The notes: generated by a model not told the origin, from the sequence alone. A stretch of DNA of 63,148 bases, filler included, from Octopus bimaculoides (GCF_001194135.2; 7 parts of 7 records of this genome joined end to end with filler, not necessarily neighbours in it), one strand, 5' to 3'; positions 49,530 through 61,954 are shown, counted from the first letter of the whole stretch. Numbers and translations: made by a program.

Positions 49530-49705
49530 TCTGGGCGCAGGCACGGCTGTGTGGTTAAGAAGATTGCTTTGCAACTGCGTGGTTCCAGGTTCAGTTCCAC
49601 TATGCAGAATGATGGGTAAGTATCTTCTACTATAGCTCCGGGCTGACCAATACCTTGTGAGCGAATTTGGTAGATGGAAACTATATGAAAGCCCGTCGTA
49701 TATAC
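49530..49705 (+). mobile_element. 5' half of SINE (38.2 kb family)
   Basis: ggctgtgtggttaag...ggttcagttcc...gcccgtcgtata. Confidence 0.65.
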
Positions 49706-50190
49706 AGAAACACAGAGGGGCCAATACAATGTAAAATTTTTCTCTTCAAAACCGATCAATAGGGACCGAAAACGTTTGGGACGTGTACACAAGGAAGAAA
49801 CAAAGAGTCGTTTTAACAACTGAAATTCCCAAAAGTGGAAGAAAATAAAACACTGACAAGGGTTATCCCTGGAAAGAAAAACCTACGAAAAAACAAAACC
49901 CACGGTAACCTCGGAAATAAACCATGAGAGGAAAGCGCTCTCTGTCTTTTTGTTCTGTAGGTTCATGCTCAAAGTGAGTCCGTCATTCACACGTGCCATC
50001 CTTGCTACATTCACCCACCTTTTATTGAAATTGTCATTAGACAAAACTTCCCTCTCTATTCTCACCTTCCTTTTCAAGTAATACTTGAATAAGTTGATGA
50101 GAGGTTGGCCAGAGATCAAGCTTTTCAAAGTAAAGGAGAAAGAAATTTTCTGAATAACTGATTGGAAACTTACCGGTTCTTTGCCCATAT
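49706..50190 (-). mobile_element. 3' end (ORF2 C-terminus plus UTR) of an L1/Tx1-like LINE
   Basis: ORF 49883-50188 FKYYLKRKVRIEREVLS..FNKRWVNVARMARVN; T-rich UTR ending gtattggcccctctgtgt. Confidence 0.55.
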
Positions 50191-50934
50191 TATATATTTG
50201 TACCTCTAATTATTGATGCGTTTGTGTTCTTTTCGTAAATAACCAAGTGCCAATCTACCAAGTAAGAGTTTTTTTTTCACGGCAAAGAAAGTGATTAGCT
50301 TACATACACTTTACAAATACAATCTGTAAGTGAAACAATTAAAATATGTAAAAGTATTCCGAAGTTCAACTATCCACAACTGATATTGGCCAAATTCCAG
50401 TGATAGAGTTTTGTTTCTTTCTAAGAAACAGCTTCCTTCTTTAAGAGAACGATCAGAATTGTTAAAAACGAAAATTGATGGACTCACACACGCGCCGATC
50501 AAATACATGCATTCATACGTGTGTGTGTGTGTTTCAAAATTATACAAAAAACAAAAGACAAAGGCTGGTAAGGGAACCACAAAAAGGACATATTAGTTTG
50601 ACATGCCCGATCCTGAAATGGAAACCACGAACTTGTGAGTGCAAGAACCTAATCGCTTAGCCATGCATCCTTACAGACACACAAACACGTAAAATACATA
50701 TATTTGAGGCTCTGATGAAGCTATTAGGTGATACTAAAGCACTCAATTATGAATCTGCTGCATCGTATAACAGAAACAGCCGTAAGCTAATGAAGTTCAT
50801 AACACCATTGCTTATTCCTTTGGCACTTGTTTTTTTCTTATTACCACGCTATACTCGACTAACGCTTCGTTCTGAGACCTTGTGCATCGAGTTCCACACC
50901 AGGTTATTAGTGTCACAATGCCTAAGTGAAATAC

Positions 50935-51128
50935 TGGCTTCAAATTTTAGCCCAAGGCCAGCAATTTCGTGGGGAGGAGGATAAGACGATTACATCGACC
51001 CCAGTGCTCAACTGGTATTTATTTTCTCGACCCCGAAATGGATGAAAGGTAAAGTCGACCTCGGTAGAATTTGAACTCAGAACGGAGGGACGGGCGAGGT
51101 GCCGCTAACGATTCTGCCAGCTCGCCGT
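50935..51128 (-). mobile_element. tRNA-derived SINE (43.7-45.4 kb family)
   Basis: gattacatcgaccccagtg...gaatttgaactcagaac...gattctgccagctcgcc; decayed pieces also at 51400-51630. Confidence 0.75.
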
Positions 51129-51694
51129 CCTAGCCTANNNNNNNNNNNNNNNNNNNNNNNNNNNNNNNNNNNNNNNNNNNNTTAATTAATTAANNNNNNN
51201 NNNNNNNNNNNNNNNNNNNNNNNNNNNNNNNNNNNNNTTTTTTTTCTGTTATGTAGTTGTGCAGTGTTGTGTTACATATGTTGTGTGTGTGTGTGAACTG
51301 TTGTTGTCATGTTAATAGGGTTGTAGTGTTATTATAGTTGGAGTGGTCTTCGTTTTTGATTAAAATTCCATTCACAACTAGAATGCCTTATAGAGCTAGT
51401 CAGTCGACACCGGTTACTTGACGGGACTTTCTTTTATCGACCACAGAAAGATGAAAGGCAAAGTTTACCTCAGTAAGATTCGAATTCAGAATGTAAAATT
51501 CAGAATGTAAAATGCCAGGAGTTTATGAGTGGCGGGTAGTTGAGTAAATTGCCCCAGTACTTGACTGGTACTTTATTTTATGGAACACAGCATGATAAAG
51601 GGCAAAGTTGACCTTGGCAGGATTTAAACTCAAAAATCCTTTAAAAGTGAAAGGTCATTCATAACTAAATTCTGAAAATTATATATGTTCGAAT

Positions 51695-52216
51695 AATTCG
51701 CCTAATCAATGCCCTAATCAAAGGCTTTCCAACTATAATCAACATGTCTTTTATTAAGATAGAAAATTTAACTATGTTTATTAAGTTTAACTAAGACTGG
51801 GTACATTACCCAAATAAGACACTACCGAGCGTAAATACTCGGAGTAGGTATGGCTCCTTACGACAAGATATTTAATATATTGTGAAGCTTCTTGAATCAG
51901 AACGTGATTTTTCATCCTCACACATTAATGTGTGCGCGCTTGGGCTGAGGTTGAATGGTGCAACAATCTTGTTCCTGATTTTCTAATATTTCGGCTAATC
52001 AGTGCCCTAATCAAAGGCATTTTAATCATAATCGACATGTCTTTTATTCGGATCTAGTTTTATACATTATCCAGGTTAGGTACATAACGTGTTAATACTC
52101 GGAGTATGTAGATGACATTTGTAAAGTATACTGTCAACAAAAGCCCTTTATTACAAAGTGTTTAATATATTCTGAAGCTTTACTTGCAGTACGTGATTTA
52201 ACAATATGACGCGTTA

Positions 52217-52312
<96 letters not shown>

Positions 52313-52360
52313 ACGCGCACACTGGTGTTGAGGTTTAAAAGTGCAACGATATTGTGCTAA
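51695..52360. repeat. Imperfect tandem duplication (~290 bp unit) with (TG)n expanded in copy 2
   Basis: ctaatca.tgccctaatcaaaggc, acatgtcttttatt, aatactcggagta and tttaatatatt.tgaagctt each occur twice in the same order. Confidence 0.7.
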
Positions 52361-52596
52361 TTGTGTAGCATCAAAATATTGGGAGAATTATACTCTGAAT
52401 AACGTGCATTTAGAATTTCTGTTATGAATTGTGAATCAATTCTTTTTAATATTTCCTAGTTATAGTTTTAGTTTGGGTTGGTGCTGCTTATCTTACCTTT
52501 CCTGACTGAACATCCTTTTCCTCTTTATTTAAGCTGAAATAGGTTGTAATATGAAACAAAATTGGCTGCTATTTCTAACAATTGCATTGCTATCTT

Positions 52597-53682
52597 TTAT
52601 TACCTCTGCCTTAGTGAAGGCGGGGGTATTGTTTTCAGTCGCGTTTGTTTGTCTGTTTGCTTGTTTGACCTTGGACTTGGACAAGATATTTCAAGAACCG
52701 CTGGATGGATGCGCATGAAACTTTCGGGGATGTTTGGCCTCGTGACTGGCACGAACTAATTAGATTTTGGGATCGATCCGGTACCGGACTAGGATTCTGG
52801 AGTATTTTTCCGTTTTTTTTTTACTTAATATTTAAGAGCGGTCGGGCTCATTTTTAGTATTCTCGTTCGTGAGAGCAGTCGAGGGATCTTTTTTAAAACG
52901 GGGGCCACATTTTTCATTAACGAAACACTTTGAAACTTGGAACACTGGTAGAATGTGTCATATAAAACATCTTTTTCTCTTAGTCTTCTTTAAAAAAAAA
53001 GAAATCCATAAATTATTCNNNNNNNNNNNNNNNNNNNNNNNNNNNNNNNNNNNNNNNNNNNNNNNNNNNNNNNNNNNNNNNNNNNNNNNNNNNNNNNNNN
53101 NNNNNNNNNNNNNNNNNNNNNNNNNNNNNNNNNNNNNNNNNNNNNNNNNNNNNNNNNNNNNNNNNNNNNNNNNNNNNNNNNNNNNNNNNNNNNNNNNNNN
53201 NNNNNNNNNNNNNNNNNNNNNNNNNNNNNNNNNNNNNNNNNNNNNNNNNNNNNNNNNNNNNNNNNNNNNNNNNNNNNNNNNNNNNNNNNNNNNNNNNNNN
53301 NNNNNNNNNNNAAAATGAAAAAAGCAAATAAAACGAAGAATCGTTTGTTTATGTAGTCGGCACTTAATGTATATCGGCTGAATGGACGTCAGTGATTGGT
53401 TGAAATTATCGAAATAAGACAATTTTTTACATGAAATAAATTCGAATACAAAAATATTTTTCTGTTCTATAACACAAAATAGATAAGTATACGAAGTTTG
53501 AAAGTCTTTCGGTACCAAAAACACTACGTAAAACATTAATGAAAAATGTGGCCCCCGTTTTAAAAAAGATCCCAGTCGAGTTTATTTCAGATATTCTCAT
53601 TTTAAAAATCATCTCCAGTTAATCGTTGAGAGGACGTTGGTGTTGCCTTGGCGGAGGTTTGCACTCTCTGAGTGCTCTTGTT
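52597..53682 (+). mobile_element. Helentron-like non-autonomous element (HINE)
   Basis: 5' subTIR ttattacctctgcc, (gttt/gtct) microsatellite, 3' subTIR ggcggaggt (53650-53658), hairpin gcactc-tct-gagtgc (53661-53675), T-rich end. Confidence 0.7.
52883..53573. mobile_element. Nested TIR element: perfect 38 bp TIRs with GGG termini and 6 bp TSD AGTCGA
   Basis: 52883-52920 is the exact reverse complement of 53536-53573; agtcga at 52877-52882 and 53574-53579. Confidence 0.8.
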
Positions 53683-53704
53683 TGTGTTGTTATGTTGGTC
53701 TTAT

Positions 53705-53900
53705 TGTTACCACGTCAGACAAAAATGCTTAGCAGCATTTCTTCCGGGTCTTTACGTTCAGGGTTGAAGTGCCGCCAATGTCGACTTCGCCTTTCATCCT
53801 TTCGGGGTCGAGAAAATAAGTACCAGTTGAATACTGCGGTCGATGTTATCAACTCACTCACTACCCAAAAAGATCGTTGGCCTAAGTTCCAAAATTAGAA
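53705..53900 (+). mobile_element. tRNA-derived SINE (43.7 kb family)
   Basis: gtcgacttcgcctttcatcctttcggggtcgag core. Confidence 0.7.
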
Positions 53901-54104
53901 AAAATATGTATGTTATATTTATCATGAGGTTTGGAATATTGCTGTTGGTGTTGCTGTTGTCGTTATTGTATTGTGTTATCTTTAATTTCACTGTGTAACA
54001 CGATTTTTGTCCTTGGATAGCAACTGTTATTTCCTGTTTGCTTACCCTTAGAAAGTATGAAAAATGGCTAATATTTCCTTCAAAGTTTGCTTTTGTTACA
54101 TTTA

Positions 54105-54290
54105 TTCAAACTCCAAATAGTCTCTCTCAACACATGGCTATGATGCTCCCCCACTACTCCTGCTCATGATCAGAGATGCACATATTATCAGCCACAAAGG
54201 GATATGCTCAAGGAGTTAAAATCAAGCAACTGACAAACAAATCTGCGGTATTGAAAAGAATATTTGCTATAACCATATTTCTGCTTCAGC
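54105..54290 (-). mobile_element. Fragment of element X
   Basis: ctctcaacacatggctatgatgctcccccact matches 19590-19740. Confidence 0.7.
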
Positions 54291-54539
54291 AAATCAGCGC
54301 TGAATCTGTCTGAAATGTAATGGAAAACGGATCAGTTTTGAAACATTAATGTCCAGGTCAGAAAAGCAAAGTTTGAAGGGAATAGTAGTCACTTCCTTTG
54401 ATTTCTAGATAGAAGCAAGTAGGAAAAAATACTGACAGACCAAAGACAAAAAAGAGATAAAAACTTTGTGACATAGTGTTATTATCTTCCACTGTTAAAT
54501 TTTCTGCTGTAGTATCCATTGACTTGTGTTATATCTGTG

Positions 54540-54930
54540 CCGGGATTCACATACACATGCTCACACATGCGTAAGAGTGACATCTGAAGCTACTGTGACT
54601 GCTGTTTTTGCGATTGTAACGGTGAAGTGTGACGCCCAACTCTTGTTTTCTCTGAGATGGTCAGTTTTACCACAAACACATTTGGGTACCCTGACCTCGA
54701 CCAGCAACATCTGCTCACATTCTTCAAAATAAAAATGATTGAATATACTTGGTAGATCCTACGGTACAACCAACACCTAGAACACCAATGGTCTCACCAT
54801 TCAGTTTTGCTGAGAGGAAAGGCTTTAAGCTTACAATGTCTCCGTGTTCCTCCTCCATTACTATCATTTTGACCTGGTCTTTGTCGAGCAGCACGTCGGA
54901 GACTCTAATTTGGTTCTTGAATACTTCATA
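54540..54930 (-). pseudogene. Decayed gag/ORF1-like remnant with degenerate knuckle
   Basis: By-eye translation EVFKNQIRVSDVLLDKDQVKMIV... then LLVEVRVPKCVCGKTDHLRE. Confidence 0.4.
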
Positions 54931-55082
54931 AATAGTAGAATCATTACGAAATCCCTAGCATGTGCAAATGGTCGTAGCCGTCGTTTATAATTCCCTCCTG
55001 CTCGCCATTACCAATGTTTGCAACCGCACCTCATAGTTTCCCCCTCAGTAATATATCTGACAACAAACTAAATCTTTACGAA

Positions 55083-56170
55083 TTTTTTTTTTTTTATTTA
55101 AATTTACGAATTCTGCTGCATTCTGCTCCCTGCAGCTTATGCAGTTGTAAAGAATAGTTTTCGTGTGCTGTTTCAGGGACAGGACCATAAAGCTACTTCT
55201 CCAATCATACCCGGAGTTTTGACTGGATAGTGTTCTGGAAACTGAAGTTAATTTCTCTTGCTTCTCAATCGACTAATCTCCATTACTTACATTTTCTTCT
55301 TTTTAGTCTTTGCTGTGTCTCGTTTTGGGAATTTTTGGAGGGTGTGTTGCCTGCCCTTTCTAGTACTTTAGCGTAAGAGATGGTTTTTGCTACGACAAAT
55401 GTAGTAACTAAACATCTTTTTTCCTTGTACCATCGGTCTCGTGTCTTTCTTCTCGATATACTCGACTATGTACAGTACCGGTATCGTCTGGTGGCCTTCG
55501 GGGGTCCTTACGACTTACAAATCCATTCTGACTCCCCTTCTCCGATCTCATGTCTCTTCATATTAGCCTTGCGATGCAAAAAGGTCTTCTAGCGATACAA
55601 ACTGCGATACAAAAAGGTCTTCTAACCACGGATTAACATCTTTTCGGGTGTCTCTTATTGTCACATTTGTACTTCTTTGTGCCTTAACTGGAGTGCAAAT
55701 GTATGGGTAGCGATGTGTCTTGCAATTTGAACCTGTGTTTTGGCTGACTGGTTTTTGGATGTGCAGCAGATAATTAATGAGAATCCTTCTAAATTGTTGC
55801 TGAAAGATCGAATGGTTTGGATATATAATTTGTTTAAGGATTATAAATGAGGGGTTAATAAATGATGGAAAAATTCAAAATGAGGAATTGATAAAAAAAA
55901 AGAATCATGGATAGAGATATGTCTTGCAATTTCAAGACATATCTCTTGGCTGATTCTTTGGTTTTTGGAAGTGCAGCAGACAGTGCCATAACTTTTTTCC
56001 TTTCTCTATTGAGAAGACTTCTGCTGAGATTCCGAAAGAGCTTATTGTATTTCTTATTGTGAGAATAACTTCAGCCCACTATTTGATCTCACAAAATTCT
56101 CCCAATTACTTTGTTTTTTTTTTTTCTTGGAACTGTGTTAAGCCTAAAAACTCTCTTCTCTTGAATTGGA
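55083..56170 (-). pseudogene. Decayed gag/ORF1-like remnant ending in an A-run
   Basis: By-eye YICTPVKAQRSTNVTIRDTRKDVNPWLEDLF and DTRPMVQGKKMFSYYICRSKNHL; T-run at ~55083-55095. Confidence 0.35.
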
Positions 56171-57774
56171 ATTGGTGCAAGATCAGCTTTAGCACAGTTA
56201 CTGTATATGGTATGTAGACATCGTGGTGATAGAATGAGTAATGGTTCTTGCAGTGGAAGTGGTCATATGCCGTGATAGTGATGGTTGTGGTGGCAGTGGC
56301 GGTGGTGGTGCTGGTGGTGCTGGTNNNNNNNNNNNNNNNNNNNNNNNNNNNNNNNNNNNNNNNNNNNNTTAATTAATTAANNNNNNNNNNNNNNNNNNNN
56401 NNNNNNNNNNNNNNNNNNNNNNNNTAATCACAGAGATGTGAATTCGAGTCTCATGGCTGGCCAGTAGCGTATTTGTCTGCAATAAATGGATAATATATCC
56501 TGATCACGCTATTTATAGCATTATCACGCGTTTGAGAAATAAATTTATTTCTGTTCTTATATATATATATATAAATTCATTAATTAGAAATATTCAACAG
56601 GAATATGATATGCTGAATTTATATTGAGTGCTCATATATATTATGGTATCAATAATATTAAAATTTTTTTAAATTTTTTATAAATTTCAAAATAGTAATA
56701 CAGTTAATACGAGCTATCTATATATATATATAGCTGAGTTTGTGAGTGTGTGTATGTGTATCCAATTCATACATTTACACAATTCTAAATTTCTTGAATG
56801 AAACAATCGGAATTAATATTCTAAATACCATAACCTAGGTAACTGCGTCATTTTTTCCGTCAAAATCAATCACAGTTACCAGTAAAATCCATTAAACTGT
56901 GCAAAATAACATTTCCTCCCTCTAATAAAACCTAAATTTCCTCTTCCTACGACCTTTACAAATCCTTTCAACTCCTACTTTCTCTTATGAACGTTTACGA
57001 ACGATAACTCCTACTTTGTCTTATGCATACAAAGTCATAGATTAAACTTTCCTTTTCGTTACGCTGTATGTAAACAAACAAGTTTGTTTTTCGAAGCGCT
57101 GAAATGTATGGTAGTACAAGTAGAAAGATAGATTTTATTCAATGCATAGATACTGAACAGTATANNNNNNNNNNNNNNNNNNNNNNNNNNNNNNNNNNNN
57201 NNNNNNNNNNNNNNNNNNNNNNNNNNNNNNNNNNNNNNNNNNNNNNNNNNNNNNNNNNNNNNNNNNNNNNNNNNNNNNNNNNNNNNNNNNNNNNNNNNNN
57301 NNNNNNNNNNNNNNNNNNNNNNNNNNNNNNNNNNNNNNNNNNNNNNNNNNNNNNNNNNNNNNNNNNNNNNNNNNNNNNNNNNNNNNNNNNNNNNNNNNNN
57401 NNNNNNNNNNNNNNNNNNNNNNNNNNNNNNNNNNNNNNNNNNNNNNNNNNNNNNNNNNNNNNNNNNNNNNNNNNNNNNNNNNNNNNNNNNNNNNNNNNNN
57501 NNNNNNNNNNNNNNNNNNNNNNNNNNNNNNNNNNNNNNNNNNNNNNNNNNNNNNNNNNNNNNNNNNNNNNNNNNNNNNNNNNNNNNNNNNNNNNNNNNNN
57601 NNNNNNNNNNNNNNNNNNNNNNNNNNNNNNNNNNNNNNNNNNNNNNNNNNNNNNNNNNNNNNNNNNNNNNNNNNNNNNNNNNNNNNNNNNNNNNNNNNNN
57701 NNNNNNNNNNNNNNNNNNNNNNNTTATAAACAGCTAAAAGAAAACAAATTTCAGAGTAGTACGGACGATACTGG

Positions 57775-57985
57775 TAAGTCGTTCAGTTATTTCCCTTGAA
57801 TATTTTTTGTTTTCTTTTTAACTCCCTAAACTTGAAGATTACCAGGTTAGGGTTAGTGTTACGGTTAAAGTTTTAGGGTCAGGGTTAGGGTTTAGGGTTA
57901 TGGTTTAGGGTTAGTTTTAGGGTTAAGTAATCGTGCGGATGTTAATCCGCAAAATTACTGAAATGTGAAAACTACCGACCCTGCC
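57775..57985. mobile_element. Small element with degenerate TTAGGG array and terminal hairpin (HINE/MITE-like)
   Basis: TTAGGG-like repeats at 57845-57925; stem tgcggat-gtta-atccgca at 57934-57951, extended by agtaat/attact. Confidence 0.5.
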
Positions 57986-59042
57986 ATCTATTATAACTTT
58001 TGTTGTTCTGTTTAATATATACATAGATTATGCCTCCAAAGAAGAGAGCTTGCTGGGGAAAGAAAGCAACCGGTTTAAAAAGACAGCAACAGACTGCAGC
58101 AATTCACCACATTCCAGAAGCTACTTTGAACATAATGCAAACTGGTGCATCAACATCTTCTGCTCAATCTGTTATAATTCTGGCAAAAATATGTAGCAAC
58201 AGATCGCCAGCAATTGCTTCAACAGAAATTGCCGTCCTAGCTCCTGCGAAAAGGGATTACCCTGCTATGTATAATCAGGGCAGTGCAAAAAGTTGTCTTG
58301 CACATATCATTTGTATAGCCAATTAGACAGATGAAATTTACGTACGATTAATAATGTTACGCAAANNNNNNNNNNNNNNNNNNNNNNNNNNNNNNNNNNN
58401 NNNNNNNNNNNNNNNNNNNNNNNNNNNNNNNNNNNNNNNNNNNNNNNNNNNNNNNNNNNNNNNNNNNNNNNNNNNNNNNNNNNNNNNNNNNNNNNNNNNN
58501 NNNNNNNNNNNNNNNNNNNNNNNNNNNNNNNNNNNNNNNNNNNNNNNNNNNNNNNNNNNNNNNNNNNNNNNNNNNNNNNNNNNNNNNNNNNNNNNNNNNN
58601 NNNNNNNNNNNNNNNNNNNNNNNNNNNNNNNNNNNNNNNNNNNNNNNNNNNNNNNNNNNNNNNNNNNNNNNNNNNNNNNNNNNNNNNNNNNNNNNNNNNN
58701 NNNNNNNNNNNNNNNNNNNNNNNNNNNNNNNNNNNNNNNNNNNNNNNNNNNNNNNNNNNNNNNNNNNNNNNNNNNNNNNNNNNNNNNNNNNNNNNNNNNN
58801 NNNNNNNNNNNNNNNNNNNNNNNNNNNNNNNNNNNNNNNNNNNNNNNNNNNNNNNNNNNNNNNNNNNNNNNNNNNNNNNNNNNNNNNNNNNNNNNNNNNN
58901 NNNNNNNNNNNNNNNNNNNNNNNNNNNNNNNNNNNNNNNNNNNNNNNNNNNNNNNNNNNNNNNNNNNNNNNNNNNNNNNNNNNNNNNNNNNNNNNNNNNN
59001 NNNNNNNNNNNNNNNNNNNNNNNNNNNNNNNNNNNNNNNNNN

Positions 59043-59667
59043 AATATAAAAATATGTATGTGTGAGTGCACATATGTGTATGTTGGCAATCTAAAATTAT
59101 CTTACGATCGTTTCGTGAAAATATTGTTGCTGTAATAATACCTAAATGGATTATTATATATAGGTAATATTTCCGCTCATCAGAGATGTAATTATTTCTT
59201 TGATATGTATTTGTATGTATTGTTTTTTAAAAATAATAATAATAATATAGTCTATAAAAATAAAAAAATATATATGAAGGTAATATATTTAAAATTACTG
59301 TCCTTGAAGTTGGTGAATTGGTGAAAAAATTTTTTTTGAGGTTGGTGAGTTGGTAAAAAATTCTAAATCCATGACATTGGTCTGGAAATTTTACATCCAT
59401 ATATTGGTCCTTTGGTAAATTGTTTGTATTCGTCCATAATGGCTGGAAGCATGTTCATATTGTTCATAGTTCAAACGTAAATGTATTCAAAAAATACTGA
59501 TAAGCATTTCTGAACCTCCAAGGCAAACTTCTTGTATATACATATACAAATACATACATACATATATGTGTGTGTGTGTGTGTATGTATAGATACATACA
59601 TATGAAAAGATAATTTTAGATTGCCAACATACACATATATGCACTCATACATACATATTTTTATATT
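59043..59667. repeat. ~61 bp inverted repeats bounding a ~500 bp interior
   Basis: 59043-59103 versus 59607-59667, near-perfect reverse complement; the left arm abuts a gap. Confidence 0.7.
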
Positions 59668-61139
59668 TAAACTTATATTTATTATTATATTTTTACATCT
59701 ATTTTTTTTTATATATATAATATAATTTTTTCTATATTTTTATAACTTAAGGCAAAAAGTATGTAATATAAAAAATATATATCCTTTTGAAAGCTTCGAG
59801 TATTGGTTTCCTAACTCCAACATATGTGCATATGTTTTTTATAAATATATATATGTGTGTGTGTGTGTATTTGTATATGTATATATAGAGAGAAAGAGAC
59901 ATACATATATACATGTATCTGTACACACACACACACATATATATATGTATGTATTTGTATATGTATATATATATAGAGAGAGAGAGACATACATATACAC
60001 ATGTATCTGTACACACACATATATATACCTACATATAAGAGACCAAAGTGTACATACGCCGCTATATATATATATATATATAGTATAAATTGCAGTGTTC
60101 TTGATTGCTTGATTGATTGAGTGTCAGCAGATTCACTCGAGAACGGTGCAGTGGAATCGTATGAAATTCAGCACAGAGCGGCAGCATGGTCCGCTCATGT
60201 TCAGGAGATTTTTATTGCCCTCCAACTCCCATGGTTACCGAGATAATCGATTATTACTTTTTAAAATAGGAATATCCCATTCAAAGTGGGGAGGGGCGAT
60301 TTTGTTGCCTTTCCCATGCGCGAAATTTTACGAAAAACCAGCACAAAAAGATTCTTTTTTTCCAAGTAATGTGGCTGGGTTTGTTTTTCGAAANNNNNNN
60401 NNNNNNNNNNNNNNNNNNNNNNNNNNNNNNNNNNNNNNNNNNNNNNNNNNNNNNNNNNNNNNNNNNNNNNNNNNNNNNNNNNNNNNNNNNNNNNNNNNNN
60501 NNNNNNNNNNNNNNNNNNNNNNNNNNNNNNNNNNNNNNNNNNNNNNNNNNNNNNNNNNNNNNNNNNNNNNNNNNNNNNNNNNNNNNNNNNNNNNNNNNNN
60601 NNNNNNNNNNNNNNNNNNNNNNNNNNNNNNNNNNNNNNNNNNNNNNNNNNNNNNNNNNNNNNNNNNNNNNNNNNNNNNNNNNNNNNNNNNNNNNNNNNNN
60701 NNNNNNNNNNNNNNNNNNNNNNNNNNNNNNNNNNNNNNNNNNNNNNNNNNNNNNNNNNNNNNNNNNNNNNNNNNNNNNNNNNNNNNNNNNNNNNNNNNNN
60801 NNNNNNNNNNNNNNNNNNNNNNNNNNNNNNNNNNNNNNNNNNNNNNNNNNNNNNNNNNNNNNNNNNNNNNNNNNNNNNNNNNNNNNNNNNNNNNNNNNNN
60901 NNNNNNNNNNNNNNNNNNNNNNNNNNNNNNNNNNNNNNNNNNNNNNNNNNNNNNNNNNNNNNNNNNNNNNNNNNNNNNNNNNNNNNNNNNNNNNNNNNNN
61001 NNNNNNNNNNNNNNNNNNNNNNNNGACCCGCAAAATCCCTAGCATCGTATTGTTTTGGGGTTGTTCTTACTTTTTTTTGTTTTTGGAATTTTTGTTTTTT
61101 TAATTTTTATTTCTTTTTATTATTCAAAATATACATAGG

Positions 61140-61770
61140 AAATAGCCTTTAACCAAATCCACCACACTGCCCAAGTGAAACTGGGAAAAACAGCCAGTAT
61201 ATATATAAAATACAAAATGGGACAAGAACACAAAACATCCAGAAAGTTAGGTGATACAAAAAAGGGACAACAAAACATCTAGATAGATGATACAAATAAA
61301 AGAAGGACGGGTCATTCGGAGTTTTCTTTCCTCAGTTGAGTTCCAGTGCAACCTCACATCGCCAATACGAAATAAATAAACCCGTTGATTTAGTAGCACT
61401 GTGTAGAAACTCTATACTTGGAATGACCAATTTTAAATACTATTGGATTTTACTCACAAGGTATTGGAATCTTATATGTATAAAATTCTGCCTAAGTAAT
61501 GGATCTACAAATGCAATATCCCTGCATATCTCACATCTATTTTCATTCCTCCACTTCACTCTCTATTTTGTATCTTATCTAAATTCACTATCACTTAACT
61601 ATTTTCTCACACCGTCTCCGATGAAAGGATATAACAAATATCCCGGAAACAGCTGTAAGGCCTTCTATTTATAAATGTTCTGAAATCTTCACAGCCTTGG
61701 GTTTTTATCTGATTCTGAAAAAAATCTTTTGTATCTATATATATGTATGTATATATCTGTATATATCTAT
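61140..61770. mobile_element. Penelope-like terminal region(s)
   Basis: Contains the hammerhead-like motif at 61614-61661 and the repeat shared with 1-95. Confidence 0.45.
61614..61661 (+). ncRNA. Minimal type-I hammerhead-like motif (U4C variant)
   Basis: gtct-CCGATGA-aa-ggatat/aacaa/atatcc-cg-GAAA-cagctg-TA-aggc, with palindromic stem III CAGCTG. Confidence 0.5.
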
Positions 61771-61923
61771 AGGTAAATTGAAATTTAGAGGTAATACTTG
61801 ACAATTGTAAGCACCTGNNNNNNNNNNNNNNNNNNNNNNNNNNNNNNNNNNNNNNNNNNNNTTAATTAATTAANNNNNNNNNNNNNNNNNNNNNNNNNNN
61901 NNNNNNNNNNNNNNNNNGCTGCT

Positions 61924-61954
<31 letters not shown>

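Noticed and set aside
57845-57925. True telomere or chromosome-fusion scar
   Set aside because: Short, degenerate, single orientation, and embedded in an element-like structure.
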